A stretch of DNA of 64,000 bases, taken from Podarcis cretensis (taxonomy: Eukaryota). Positions 1 through 12,777 of this stretch are shown here, piece by piece. The notes below the pieces were generated by a model. The model did no database searches, was not told the DNA's origin, and was given only the letters and a program-made list of their open reading frames with translations. The first letter of the stretch is position 1. Each line of letters begins with the position of its first letter. Location: assembly GCA_951804945.1 (NCBI GenBank), contig OX638150.1, positions 93,868,001-93,932,000 on the forward strand. Reading direction: 5' to 3'. The position numbers and the translations under genes are program-made.

Positions 1-518
1 TTGAACACACTTCTATTTGTTACTTCTATGAAAAGATGAATAGGCTTGTGGTATTAGGCTGTGAATCTAAAGAATAATTCCTGAGCATTTATACATCACT
101 GTGGCTCACTACTGAGGAATATGTTTTGGAATGGGATGTTAGGATGCTGTAAAACCATAGCAGGTTCATATTATGTTAGCATTTTTTAAAGATGAAAATG
201 CATCCATCCATTAGAGATAATATGTGAACAGGAGTTTATACTGTAAATCTTGGGCAGAAACATCAGCACCAGTTTCCACACATACCCTGTCCATTTTTTG
301 GATGTGATCTGTGTCACAAGTGAATGTTGATGAAAATAGTAGCCTGTATACTTCACTGGGCATAGGGATCATTACTGGCTGATGTAGTGGGGCAGGGGGA
401 ACCAACTCTTTAACCAATCGTTCAGCTTCCACACAAAAAACAAGCCAACTCACAGCTCAGCTTACAATGGGGGCATGAATTAGCTTGGGATGAAAAAATA
501 AAACTCTCCTCTGCCTTA

Positions 519-865
519 AGGTAAAGGGACCCCTGACCATTAGGTCCAGTCGTGGTCGACTCTGGGGTTGCGGCGCTCATCTTGCTTTACTGGCTGAGGG
601 AGCTGGCGTACAGCTTCCGGGTCATGTGGCCAGCATGACTAAGCCACTTCTGGTGAACCAGAGCAGCACACAGAAATGCCATTTACCTTCCCGCCGGAGC
701 GGTACCTATTTATCTACTTGCACTTTGACGTGCTTTCGAACTGCTAGGTTGGCAGGAGCAGAGACCGAACAATGGGAGCTCACCCCGTCGCGCGGATTCG
801 AACCACCAACCGTCTAATCGGCAAGCCCTAGGCTCTGTGGTTTAACCCATAGTGCCACCTGCGTC
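519..865 (-). mobile_element. Sauria SINE, full length
   Basis: The minus strand reads tRNA-like head (GGTGGCACTATGGGTTAAACC...GGTTCGAATCC), body, and ACCTTT-type tail. TSD TCCTCTGCCTTA at 507-518 and 864-875. Confidence 0.92.
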
Positions 866-1340
866 CTCTGCCTTAGGTGCATATTAAATATGGACAGCAG
901 CTCTTTTGTGCATTAAAAGCATGACGGTCCTATGTGATTAAAGGGGCAGCAGTTTTGGACCACTGACCCTACAACTCCCCAGCCCCCAACATCAAAGAAT
1001 TGAGAACTGGAATCAGGATCATAGCTGCCTTGGAAGTTTATTCATGCAGAGGTTTCTGTTTGTAGGTTTCTGTTTTTTAAACACCAATCCACATGGATAG
1101 TGGGATGGAGAGCTATGGAATCTCAGGGGTGGTGTGTTTCCACTACGCCTTTAAAACCCATGAATGGGGCTATGAAAGGGGCTATATTTAGGTTTCCTTG
1201 TTTCTTGACTCTCTTCCTAGGCATATATGGGGAATATTTCAGTGAGAGACAATTACAGTAAGCATTATTTTTTTTTAAAGCATGATTAGTACTAGTCTCT
1301 TTCTTGTTTCAGGAAAGGTCATGGCCCTGATCTTAAGTAC

Positions 1341-1515
1341 TCTGGCTTCCATCACAGTGTTCCGTTGCACCAGAAGCGGTTTAGTCATGCTGGCCACATG
1401 ACCGGAAAGCTGTCTGTGGACAAACGCCGGCTCCCTCGGCCTGAAAGCGAAATGAATGCCACAACCCTATAGTCGCCTTTGACTGGACTTAACTGTCCAG
1501 AGGTCCTTTACCTTT
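1341..1515 (+). mobile_element. Sauria SINE 3' half (diverged subfamily)
   Basis: CCAGAAGCGGTTTAGTCATGCTGGCCACATGACC core matches the other copies; ends in CCTTTACCTTT. Confidence 0.85.
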
Positions 1516-4115
1516 GCCCCCCGCCTTAAGCAGGATTGTAGAATTTGAGGAAAGTGCCTATTCTTTCTTTGCTGTACCATTTGCCATCAAAAAATTCCCC
1601 ACCACTGCTGTTGTTTCCCCTCAAGATTTTGTTTGCTGTAGTTAGCACTTTCAGGTGCAAAGAGCAACAGTTCTCTCTCTGACAAATTGGAGGATTGAAT
1701 TTCTGTTTGCAGCATTACCATATATGTCTCAAAGTAAGGACACCTTAACATTGTGAATTTCCAATCCAATTGCAAGCACTGAAAATGTGAAGAGCTAAAT
1801 TTGTAATACACAGATGCTAGTCACATAGCCACTGAAATCAAAGTTCTCTTAAAATATTTTGCATTTAAGAATTATTCCCACCACTATATCAGTGGTATAA
1901 AAGCACTTATGCCTAAAAAGCTCCCCCCCCCACACCCCCAATCTAAGAAACATAGATTAAATTAAGGTGTATAGTCAAGGGACATGATTTTAGCATTATA
2001 TATTCTGAAGTACTAGGGAAATCAGTGGATTGCAATGAAGTTCTAAGCATGGCCTAATTGAGTTATACCTAGGGAAGGGTGTACAGGATTGCTGCCTCCT
2101 TTTTATTTTATTTTTAAATTTCAAATATTTATAACCTTTCTTCACCCAAGGGAAGGGTACCTCAAATATTTTAAAATCTCAATAAACAATATATAAAAAC
2201 CAAACCAAAATAATCATAAGTCAACATCAGCAGTCACATAAAATGGCAGAATGGACACATAAAAATACAGCCCCTGCTCTTCAAAAACTTGCAATTGTTT
2301 AGGGTCAAATAGCTAATTAAATGCAAGCATTTCATTTCATCACAGAATTCATTGTTCATTATTCTCTTCTCCAGAAGAAAAAGCTTTGAAGTAGATCTGC
2401 AGGCTATTTTAGGTGTGATCAATACCTGTGTGATCGCGTACATGCACATGGCATCAAACCTGGAAGTGACCCAGAAACATAATAAAAGACATCACTAAAA
2501 GGGCAGAATGGGGTCAGGGCGGAGACAGAGCAGAGGCAGGGTGGAGCAGCAGAGTGTTTCAATTGCACACTTTTCCGCAGAAGCTCACAATGACCAGGAA
2601 CTGCACCCCACGCTGATTGGGGGTTGCTTAGATTTTGTTGCATGTATTACATTCGCTTTCCCTTCAATTACTAGAGTTGTGGGCTCATCCACATTTACCT
2701 TTCGCCCCGCATTTCCTAGGCACAGGTCTGTATCTCAGCATCTCTGCATCTCAGCACATTTTGTTTTTTGTCCCGCCGCTTTCGCCAGGAAAACCTGCTC
2801 TTTAACGCTAAATCGGAACAAATGGCAATTCAGGTTTTCCACAGATGCCCTTTGCTCCAATTCGTCTGTAAAGAGTGTGATTTTGTGGAGGAAGTGCAGC
2901 TAGGTCACGGAGCTTTAAAGAGTGGACGTGTGTCTAGAAATGTGGCGCAAAAGGCAGCCTGGATGAGGCCTCTGTGTACTTCCTCATTGGCATGAAAGAA
3001 ATGATAGCTCTTCTTTAAGCATTGCCCTCACCAGTCCTGAACACAGTTGCTTCAGGTGGCAGCGACTGATTTTAGTAACACTTACTTCCGAATAATAATG
3101 TGCTTAGGACAGCACCAAGTAAAAAATGCATTTGAGGAAAGAAATCACATTTGCACAACAGGTAGCTGTGAACTAAGCAGCCGGAAACTCATTAGTAAGG
3201 GTTGTGCAATATGCACTCCTTTCATTTCTGTTTTCAAACTCATGGAGTCAGTGTGCCATTGCATATTTTTATCCTTGAAATGGAAATTTAAAATGACACC
3301 CTTGCTGTTGCCTGGAGCTCTCTCTTTCCCTCTCTGATATACAGAGATGGATATTGGATGCAGGAAATTGTGTCCACTCTGGAACCTGCACCCTGAAGCT
3401 ACTGTTTCACATGTTGCTCCCTGGCAACCCTGACTCACCATGGCCATTTGGACAAATACTGACTACCAAATGCAATCCTGTTGCTAATTTTTTTTAAAGG
3501 AGTTATTCAAAGTGATACACTTGAAATGGATTTTTTCCCACTTAGCAACCTGGAATTCAACAGGAAACGACGTAATTGGGTATCATCTGTCTGCTTATTA
3601 AATGAAAACCATTTATCTGTTTGGAACAAAAGCTTGCAAGCTTTTCACTTATGTTATCTTCACCTGTCAGAACAGCTGTCTAACCAATACTCTCTCAAGC
3701 TGTGGAAAACTATTCCCACCCATCCCCATTCATACAGAGAATTTAAGGTTTCAGTTACTGCTTTTGCCTGTTAATTTGCATGGAAAATGTATTTCATATC
3801 CCTGTGTCCCGTCAATTATTCATAACTGATATTTTAAAATCAGGTTGTTTTTGGAAAAAACAAACAGTTTCTGCATCTTAATTACCTTCACTTCTGTAAA
3901 AAAAAAAAAAGCTATTTTATATACTTAGCAACTTGATAAGAGGAGAACATGGCATTCCATTATTATATTTTAATGTATGGCTAACTCACAAAGGCACTTT
4001 GGTGCTGGGATTTATAATGTTAAATTAAGCACCTTTATTGTCTCTGAATTTAAATTATTTAGATGGATTATAATTTGTTGGGTATCCATGCAATGGGAAT
4101 CTCGGGGGGGGGACT

Positions 4116-4316
4116 TTTTGTTTATTTTTATTACATTTATATACCACTCTTCCTCCAAAGGGAGCCAAGAGTGACAAGCAGCAAGTGATAAAACAATAAA
4201 AATATATTTAAAACAATTCCAATACAGGTGCAGACTGGGAAGCATTTCGTCTTAAAAGGTTTGTTGAAAGAGGAAGATGTTCAGCAGGTGATGAAAGACT
4301 ATAGAGATGGTGTCTA
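4116..4316 (-). mobile_element. Old LINE (L2-like) 3' end remnant
   Basis: Tail TTTATTTTTATTACATTTATATACCACTC..., similar to the other L2 3' ends in the window. Confidence 0.5.
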
Positions 4317-4555
4317 AAGAGACCTCAAGTTTTGTGTTTTTAAATCTCCAACAACCACTAGAAAACTTTAATTGTCTCTTCATGTTAGGCATATGTCCAG
4401 GGCTGCCACTTGTCTCTTTTTTTTAACCTGGACAGAACAGCAATAGAAAATCCAGGTTTTGTATTCAGATCCAGCTACTCAAAATCCAGGGAAGGCTGAG
4501 AAGAAAGAGTCCTGTCTCCAGTCCAAAACATGCAGACAGAGGCTCTTGTAAGTAA

Positions 4556-4808
4556 GAGCCAGTGTGGTGTAGTGGTTAACAGGGGTAGACTTGTAAACTG
4601 GTGAACCAGGTTCGCATCCCCGCTCCTCCACATGCAGCTGCTGGGTGACCTTGGGCCAGTCACACTTCTCTGAAGTCTCTCAGCCTCACTCACCTCACAG
4701 AGTGTTTGTTGTGGGGGAGGAAGGGAAAGGAGAATGTTAGCCACTTTGAGACTCCTTCGGGTAGTGATAAAGCAGGATATCAAATCCAAACTCTTCTTCT
4801 TCTTCTTC
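4556..4808 (+). mobile_element. tRNA-derived MIR/CORE-related SINE (Squam3-like)
   Basis: A-box TGGTGTAGTGG, B-box GGTTCGCATCC, CORE-like GGGTGACCTTGGGCCAGTCAC, (TCT)n tail. Near-identical copy at 38529. Confidence 0.8.
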
Positions 4809-7800
4809 TACAGATCTTTATCCAGGCAAGTAAAGGACAGGCTCTGCAGCAGACACAGTGCTCAGGTGTCACGATTCAGAAGTTCGGGAGCAGAGCAAGA
4901 AGTTCAGAACCAGGTAGAAGTTTTCCCACTTGTCCTGCCAAGCTTTTAAAGACAAAACATGGTGTGGTGGACTATTAAAATGGGAACTTCATCTCCTCCC
5001 TCCATCAGTCTACACACACAACCAAATTAGGGTGGTAAATCAGAATCCTGGTAGTAGAACGGAAAATATAATTACAGGCTGCAGATGGGAATTACATTGC
5101 TGAGTGCTCCTCTATGTAAAAACACCCTGCCATTGGGTTGTTGTTTTTTAACATGCAATGACCTTTGTTTGATGCAACAACAAGGAAAAAAAGCTGGACT
5201 GGCTGAAGGATTGCAAGTGGTTGTAATAAAGCAATTTTAGAAACAATGGTGCCAGGCAAAACATTCCTTTTGAAATGCCCTGCCAATCTTAGCAGTAGCA
5301 GCAGCAGCAGCTCTGCATGGTACCAACCGAGCTCAAATATTGCTGAACAGTGTGTCCTCCGGAAGAAAGTTACTGCTGCTTCATGATTCATTTGGCATCC
5401 TCTGTGAACACTCTGGTAACCTTGCACACTTCACCAGAGAGCTACAGTTAAACTGGAGGTCATTATTTCTGAAAGTGGTGCCCTTTAATTACCAGCCATT
5501 ATAGACAGCTGGAAAAATCAAACCAAGCAGCTCATGCTACTTTCATGCGAGCCCTAAAATTTACCATTGTTTCGGATAATGTTGCATCATGGTACATAAA
5601 TTCTGTAAGGTGACCCATGAGTGTTTGCTGGAATTTACTTTAGGTTCACTTATTGTCGCTTAGCAGACTAAACAAGAATAGATGGCTCTTCAAGCAGTTA
5701 TAGTAAATTATACTTATGGCAAACCCTAATGCCTCATTAACTCGAGTCAAGGTCTATTTCCTTTTTACAGCGTTAACCATTGGAAAGCATTGTTTTTAAT
5801 TTATGAATAAGGGTGTAGAGGAACCTTAGCTCTCATATTTACATAAACACGATGTACAATTAATCTTCTGTAAAATAACCAGAGCACCATTTGGAGAATA
5901 ATAGTCTCCTTTGGAAGCCCATCTAAAAAGATGCTGGTAGGGAACTCGTATTAGTGTGTGCTTATGCATCGGCAGTAATTCGTGGAATGCATTAATATGA
6001 GAAGAATGAGCACTCATTCTTTGCGGGTGCCCTTTGCGGGATTGCGCGCGATGCTACAGTTCCCAGGGAACTTACTGGCAAATAGGGGCCGGCCTGCCTC
6101 TCAGTGTTAATTTTGGAGGTTCACGCCCAGCCTCAGTAATCAAGTTTCATTGCTGGGAAGTGGGGCCAGTCCCAGGCCGTTGGCTCTGGAGATTCACCCT
6201 CCCTACGTTTAATGTTTTCTTGTTTGCAGGTCAACTTTTTCTTCCTGTTTAGTGGCCGCTGCTGTGGTCTTTGACTGGTTGCTGTTGAAGGACCTGGAAG
6301 AAATTTTCCTGTATTGGCAGGTTTCGTCTTCCCCGTAGCAATTTGTCACAACTGTGGCGGTTATGGTCATGGTAAGAATCTGGTATAACTGCTCTGTGGA
6401 GAAATCAAAGATGGTCAATCCCAGTGCCATGGGCTGCTCTTTTCAGCCTCTTTGTCCAAATTTTCTTGCCTTGCACAAACAACTAGCATGATTACAAGAC
6501 ACCGCAGTCTCTGCTGTACGTTATTCCACAGGAAACACGAACCCAAGGCAGAAGTGTATTGAAAACCATGTTATCTGGCCAGGCTCTACATCAGCATATA
6601 AGACCATTGACAAGATCAGGTCAGTTCCCTTCCAAAGAAGAGCACTGATGGCATGAAATGTGCTGGGCCACAATATGTTGCTCTCAATGCCCTTTTAAGG
6701 CCTTTATTTTTCACATCAAAACGCATGACATGAAAATATTTCTTGCTTGTCTTCCACAGAAAAAGGTTTCAGATGGGGCTGTGTGCTTGTGTTGTGCTTT
6801 TTCGAATGCTGCTTTTAATTACCACCACTGGTCGCTTAATCATTTTTCTTTTATAATCTGAAATAATTCCAGTTCATTCATTCTGCTTCACGCAGCCCTC
6901 GTCCCCATTTTATAGAATACATCACATGCCAGAGCTCTCAGCCTTGTATTGATTGATTCCTTGCAATGGACCTTAAAACTCCATTAAGGAAGGAGTTGGA
7001 AATGTGAATTAATTTTGCATTCTTTTATTTCCTTACTTTTTTTTCTTGTATGGCAAGGCTAAGAGAAGTTTGAAACAATTAATCTTACCTCAAAATACTT
7101 CTCTAACTTTAAAATCAACTTGAAAGCAAAGCAGAGGGTAGAAGTGAGGCAAAATAGATCTTTTCCCCTGCGTGCATGAAACTTTAATGCAGTGACAGAA
7201 CAGTATTACCTTTTTTTCCCCCTCCCTGGTGCATGATGCTGATAGATAGCACCTTGCCACATTGCCTTCTGTAGCAAAATGAAAGACTTAAGACTGTACT
7301 TTAATAGATGAGGTATGTCACCAGGTTAAAAGAAAAAACAAAAAACCCCAAAACAGTAAAGACAATAAAATTTGTGCTGAGGTGACAGCATTGATCTCAT
7401 GAAACCTAATTTAGGCCACCCAAAGCCTCTCCAATGTTAATTATCAACATTAATATTTCATTAAATGGCTTATTCACTCTCTGCTCCCCAGAACATCTCA
7501 GTCATAAAAAATGAAGTTACAGAAACTTTAAACACAATGTGAGGTGCAATAGAAATTATATATGATAGTGCATGGCAAAAAAGGTAAAATTTCAACAGAA
7601 GGCAGTTCTGCAGATTTTAATATGTCCACTTCCATTCATGTCCCAGTAAAAGATTAGAATGTTTAGTTGCAGGTAGCTCTACTGTTAATGATATATTTCC
7701 ACATGTGTTCCTCCACAAGATTTTTGGAAGATGGTGTCCTTTAAGAGGGAAGTAAAGAAGTCACAATTAGGGTGTTTGATTGGATGCTGCAGACATTTTG

Positions 7801-7965
7801 AATCACTATGGGAGGGGGGCAGAATCAACAGAAAGTATATGATCATAAAAGGCCTGAGTATCTAGAGGATGGGGGGGTTGGGGGGAGGTGGAAGCATTAT
7901 CATTCTAGTTCAAAGATTGCTTTTAACAACAAATATTACATTTTCCCACCACACTTCCAAACATT

Positions 7966-8190
7966 GAGAGCCAGTTTGGTGTAGTGGTTAGAGTGTTGGA
8001 CAAAGAACTGGGAGACCAGGTCTCAAATCCCCGCTTGGTTAGGAAGCTCACAGGGTGACCTTAAACCAGTCACTGCCTCTCAGCATAAACAACCTCACAG
8101 GGTTGTTGTGGGGATTAAATGAGGAGAGGAAGAAGTACCTTGAGGTGCTTGGAGAAAAGGTAGAATATAAATGCTATAAATAAAAAAATA
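7966..8190 (+). mobile_element. Older MIR-related tRNA SINE
   Basis: TGGTGTAGTGGTTAGAG head, GGGTGACCTT...CAGTCAC, ACCTCACAGGGTTGTTGTG, A-rich tail. Confidence 0.75.
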
Positions 8191-8313
8191 ATTTCCTTAC
8201 CCATTTTCTTCTCATGACAGTCCTGTGAAATAGCTTGCTGAGAGAGAGTGTGACCGGCCTAATATTGGACTTCCTGCCAGGGTAGAGATGTGCATATATA
8301 TATATAAGCACGT

Positions 8314-8550
8314 GTAAAGGGACACCTAACCATTAGGTCCAGTCATGGCCGACTCTGGAGTTGCAGAGCTCATCTCACTTTATTGGCCGAGGGAGCCGGC
8401 ATACAGCTTCCAGGTCCTGTGGCCAGCATGACTAAGCCGCTTCTGGTGAGCCAGAGCAGCGCACGGAAACGCCGTTTACCTTCCCACCGAAGCGGTACCT
8501 ATTTATCTACTTGCACTTTGACGTGCTTTCAAACTGCTAGGTTGGCAGGA
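8314..8550 (-). mobile_element. Sauria SINE, head-truncated
   Basis: Matches 519-770 of the first copy; sits in a short (TA)n tract. Confidence 0.9.
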
Positions 8551-10689
8551 TATATATTCTGAACTCTTGCATCTACAACTTTTTAACTGATTGGGAGACA
8601 TCTAATTTAAAATAGTAATACAGTAAGAAATCCCACATCTCATCTTACCTTGTACCATGTTTGTTTGGCTTCTATTACTGTTCCACAGTGATGTGTCTAG
8701 GTTGTGCTACAGTTTCTCTGAGTTTCCATCTTCACTTGTAGACATCTATCTTAATTTTTCCCCTTTGTGAAGGGTGTGCATCCAGATTGGGTAGTTCCCA
8801 CTAAAATAAGTGACTCAATGAAGCTAGGAAGACTATAGATGATGGAGCTGATGGTTGAAATGGGATGAGGTTTGTGTATAAATAAAAGGGAGTCTATGTT
8901 TGCCTTCTTTCCAGTTTATGCATTTAAAGCACAAGTAAAAGAAAAGCAAGGAAGTGGATACACTGGGATTCAATTCAAAATAGAATATTAAATTAAGGCA
9001 ACAGGAATAAATCAAGTATAGATTTAACAAACTGTTCCAACGCAGCAAATTTTAATTTCATGAGCTCTTTAGTATTATTAAATTATCCACATTCATCAAA
9101 TAATCTGAGCTGGGTGAAATGAATTAAAAGCCAATACAATTTGCTCATCAGGCAGCTGCTAATTTGGATACTATTAAAAACAAATATGTGAATTGGAAAT
9201 TGAAACTTTTGCAGTCTGAATCTAGGTTGTAAGGAAGTTCCAGTGACATGTGAGATTCAGTTGCCAGGATGCATGCTTAGGATTGCAACCTTGGAACCCT
9301 GTTCTGTTATGTATGGCAAGCCACACTTTATGTTTTTAATCCATTGCAGCTGAGCAAACTCCAAAGGAAAAAAACCCCACTTAAATTGGTCTTTATTTGC
9401 AATAATGACAAGCTGGGGTGACATCATCTCCTTTGAAATAATCTAAAATGCTTAGAACTCTCTATTCTGGGGTTCTGAATGGAGTACAGATACCTTTAGG
9501 ATCTGATATAAATTCCTTCAGAAATATTTCCTTTTGTTTATTATTACTAAGCAAGGGTGGACTATTGATTATAACAATGCCTCATAGGTAGCGAAGCAAA
9601 CCCTTAGCAAAAGAAGAAGTAAATCAAGCTATTGATATTTCTTTGTGCCTAGCCTCTTAGCACCAGTATGCCTTAAGTATATGTGGATAGTATTTGAAAT
9701 TGTGCTCCCCCCCCCATCTGCAATGAGTTTCTTGCTCTTCAAACACAGAAGTGAGGGTGGTTATACAAGAGCTGCATTGCAGCATTCTGCAGCAGCACCT
9801 GCCAGCAGGACCCTTTGTTGCATCATCTATCGGCATTCTAGTAATTTGACCCTGAAGGTTTTCAGTGAATCAGACTCCCATTCAGAAGTTGATATGGTTT
9901 AGAAGACAGCTTCTCCCTGGCCTGAATTTTGTGTGTGTCTGTGTGTCTCTTTTAATAAGATCAGCTTTTGGATCTAAATGAATAAGCCTGACATAAAACA
10001 GTATTAAACCTGTTAGACTGTCCAAGTTTTCTTTTATGTGCCATATCAAATTTTGTTCCATACTGTTAACCTTTGGTGAATTTTACGAAAGGACACTGTT
10101 TCCTTCCAGGTCTTATTTCATCAGTTACCATTTCACTGTGATTCCAGCGCAAAAGCCAGATAGGTTTCAGGTGTTTATAATGAGGGAATAGATTACTAAA
10201 TGGATTTGCCATTACAAGTATGATCTAGCTGCACCTTGCAGTTGACAGCAGATCTTTATTTCACATACTGGTTCTTATTTCTGTGAATCAAGTCGCTATT
10301 TAGAAGTTGTAGTTTGAGATTGGACGTTCAAGGTGATAAGAGGTTCAAAGTAATCTTGGTATCTCATGAACAGCATTTAAATCCAGATCTTCAAGTCCAG
10401 AACACTCAGCAGGGCATCCCTAGGACCAAGTTGGCTGAATAGTACTGTTCATTTTTACTACAGAATTGTGTAAAACTGACTTTTGACTAAAGTGGAATTT
10501 GGAGTGATTCTAGAGATTATTCTCCCAAATGTTGAAGCTAGGATGGTCTCCTCAAAATATTGTGCCTTTTTGCTGGGTTCTAGTAATTTTACCACCATTG
10601 GCTATGCTGCGTCTATTCCAGAGTTGCCAACAATTTGGTGACCTGTGGGCACAGCTGGTATTTTGAAAGAGTGCTCAGAAACCATAGAT

Positions 10690-11112
10690 CTACAGATCTT
10701 TCTACGAACCAGCCCAAGTGCTAAGATCCTAGGGGAGCACCTTCTCTTGGTCCCAACCACCTCAGAATCATGGTTGATGGTGATATGAGAGACCGTCTTT
10801 TCTATGGCTGTTCCCATATTGTGGAATTCCCTCCCAAGTGAGGTTAGATTGACTCCCTCTTTTATTATTCTTCCACCAGCAAGCTAAGAACTTCCTATTC
10901 AGACAGGCCTCTGAAAACTAAGGTGTAGATAATGCTGATCACTGGGCTGCTGTCTGGGCAAACTGTTTTTTATTGCTGGTTTAAAATGCATTGGTTGTAT
11001 TTTAACAATTGTTTTTAACTAGGTTTTTTTATTATTTTACATTTCATAATGTTGCAAGCTGCCTTGACTCCCAGCTTGGGGAGAAAGGCAAGATATAAAT
11101 ACATTAAATAAA
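10690..11112 (+). mobile_element. L2-type LINE 3' end (degenerate)
   Basis: Encodes an FSMAVPILWNSLP-like ORF2 C-terminal motif, then a T-rich UTR and a TAAA tail. Confidence 0.7.
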
Positions 11113-11180
11113 TACATATTCTTTTAAATGTATGATAGCAACAAAATTGCAGGACACAAGTGACCTATGACTGGACAGAA

Positions 11181-11407
11181 GCAAAGTTACAGGGAACCAG
11201 GCAGAGGGCATTCTTGGTAGTGGCACCTGCCCTGTGGAATGCCCTCCCATCAGATGTCAAAGAAATAAACAACTATCAGACTTTTAGAAGACGTATGAAG
11301 GCAGCCCTGTTTAGGGAAGCTTTTAATATTTGATGAATCATTGTATTTTAATATTCTGCTGGAAGCTGCCCAGAGTGGCTGGGGAAACCCAGCCAGATGG
11401 GCAGGGT

Positions 11408-11452
<45 letters not shown>
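11181..11452 (+). mobile_element. L2-type LINE 3' end with (AAT)n tail
   Basis: RAFLVVAPALWNALP...MKAALFREAF; same family as the 36233-37640 copy; (AAT)n at about 11410-11447. Confidence 0.85.
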
Positions 11453-11904
11453 TTAACTAAAAAATATTAGGCTCCATGATGAGTCATGTCTCAGATCCTT
11501 ATCTTTTTTGCCATAACATTACTGGAAAGCACCAGATTACAGAAATTTATAGTTCAGTCAATGGAAACCGTTTTTATATGTGATTTGATGGGGGGTGGGG
11601 TGGGGACGAATGTGAAAAAGAATTATTGCAAGATAATGTGTTTTATTGCATCCAGTATATGGCACACATACTTTTTCTCCACCCCAATTTCTGTGGCACC
11701 CTTTCTCCCCTGCCTCTCTCCAATTGCTCTGTTTTCCTCACCCCAGTCCCCTGGGTTGCTTCCCTTTCCATCTTATCCTCTCGGTTCCTGTACCTGCTGT
11801 TCAGCTGCTCAGGTGCTGATTTGAATATTGAAAAGTACAAGCAGCTGAAAGAGGAAGTGGGGGAGGGTGTTGCTCTTCCAACTTCCTCCTTTAACTCTCT
11901 GCAC

Positions 11905-11962
11905 AATACAATACAATACAATACAATACAATACAATACAATACAATACAATACAATACAAT
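11905..11962 (+). repeat. (AATAC)n microsatellite, probably a minus-strand LINE tail
   Basis: About 11 perfect units lying inside the TSD pair 11893-11904 / 12268-12279. Confidence 0.9.
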
Positions 11963-11967
11963 AGTTT

Positions 11968-12270
11968 ATCTCTCATCTACATCTCACAACAGAGCTCTCT
12001 TGACCTCAACTGCACCTAGACAACATGTACCTCAGCAAGCCAATGGCTGCTGTATGGGCTCTGCACCACCCTTACAGCCACTGCTTCTCACAGGAGCTTT
12101 TCCATATAATATGCAAGAACTGGTACTTAAAGTAAGAGTTCAGAACCCTAAAGAGAATGACTTCATTGAAATTGAACTGGACAGACAAGAGCTGACTTAT
12201 CGAGATTTGCTCAGAGTGAGTTGCCATGAATAATCCTGAAGAAGTGGAAAAGATTAGAAAGTTACCAAAC
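11968..12270 (+). pseudogene. ANKRD40: ANKRD40 processed-pseudogene fragment (C-terminal region), frameshifted
   Basis: TGAFPYNMQELVLKVRVQNPKENDFIEIELDRQELTYRDLLRVSCHE, then in another frame NPEEVEKIRKLPN, matches the conserved ANKRD40 C-terminus. A small deletion removes the LG(I/V) residues and creates a stop at 12231-12233. No splice sites flank it. Confidence 0.9.
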
Positions 12271-12658
12271 TCTCTGTACTTTCCAGGTAGGTAACCACCT
12301 AATGAGAAAGATGGCTGTGAGTGGTGGGATGGTGGAGCTCAGATGCTTCACAAATGCTGGATTTGCCACACTGGCAACTCCAGACCTATGCAGTCACTTC
12401 TAGTCTGAGCAGCCAATGTCATCCTTTTATGCCTCTTTATTGACACCACATCAAAAGGTGCATCATGTTGACTGGATGCGGATGCAACATTAAAAGTGGA
12501 CTCACAACATATTCTTTGGGCGTGCTGTGAGACCGTCTTCACAAGTGGAGCCAAAGTAAAAAAATAACCCAAGCACCACCAGGCCACCAGAAGTGTGCAC
12601 CTACCCACCAGGCCCACAATTGTCTGCCTGTCCACCATTGCTACTAAAGGCCTTAGCC

Positions 12659-12777
12659 CAGGCATCCCCGACCTGCGGCCCTCCAGATGTTTTGGCCTAC
12701 AACTCCCATGAACCCTAGCTAACAGGACCAGTGGTCAGGGATGATGGGAATTGTAGTCCAAAACATCTGGAGGCCTT
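12659..12777. mobile_element. hAT-type MITE, right TIR partly deleted
   Basis: Starts CAGGCATCCCC, palindromic body, 8-bp TSD CCTTAGCC at 12651-12658 and 12778-12785. Confidence 0.8.

Noticed and set aside
4556-4630. tRNA gene
   Set aside because: The A/B boxes belong to a SINE head; the same applies at 7966, 19218, 28006, 38529 and 58259.
12000-12233. Functional ANKRD40 exon
   Set aside because: Frameshift and stop, no splice sites, no other ANKRD40 exons in the window, and enclosed by a TSD.
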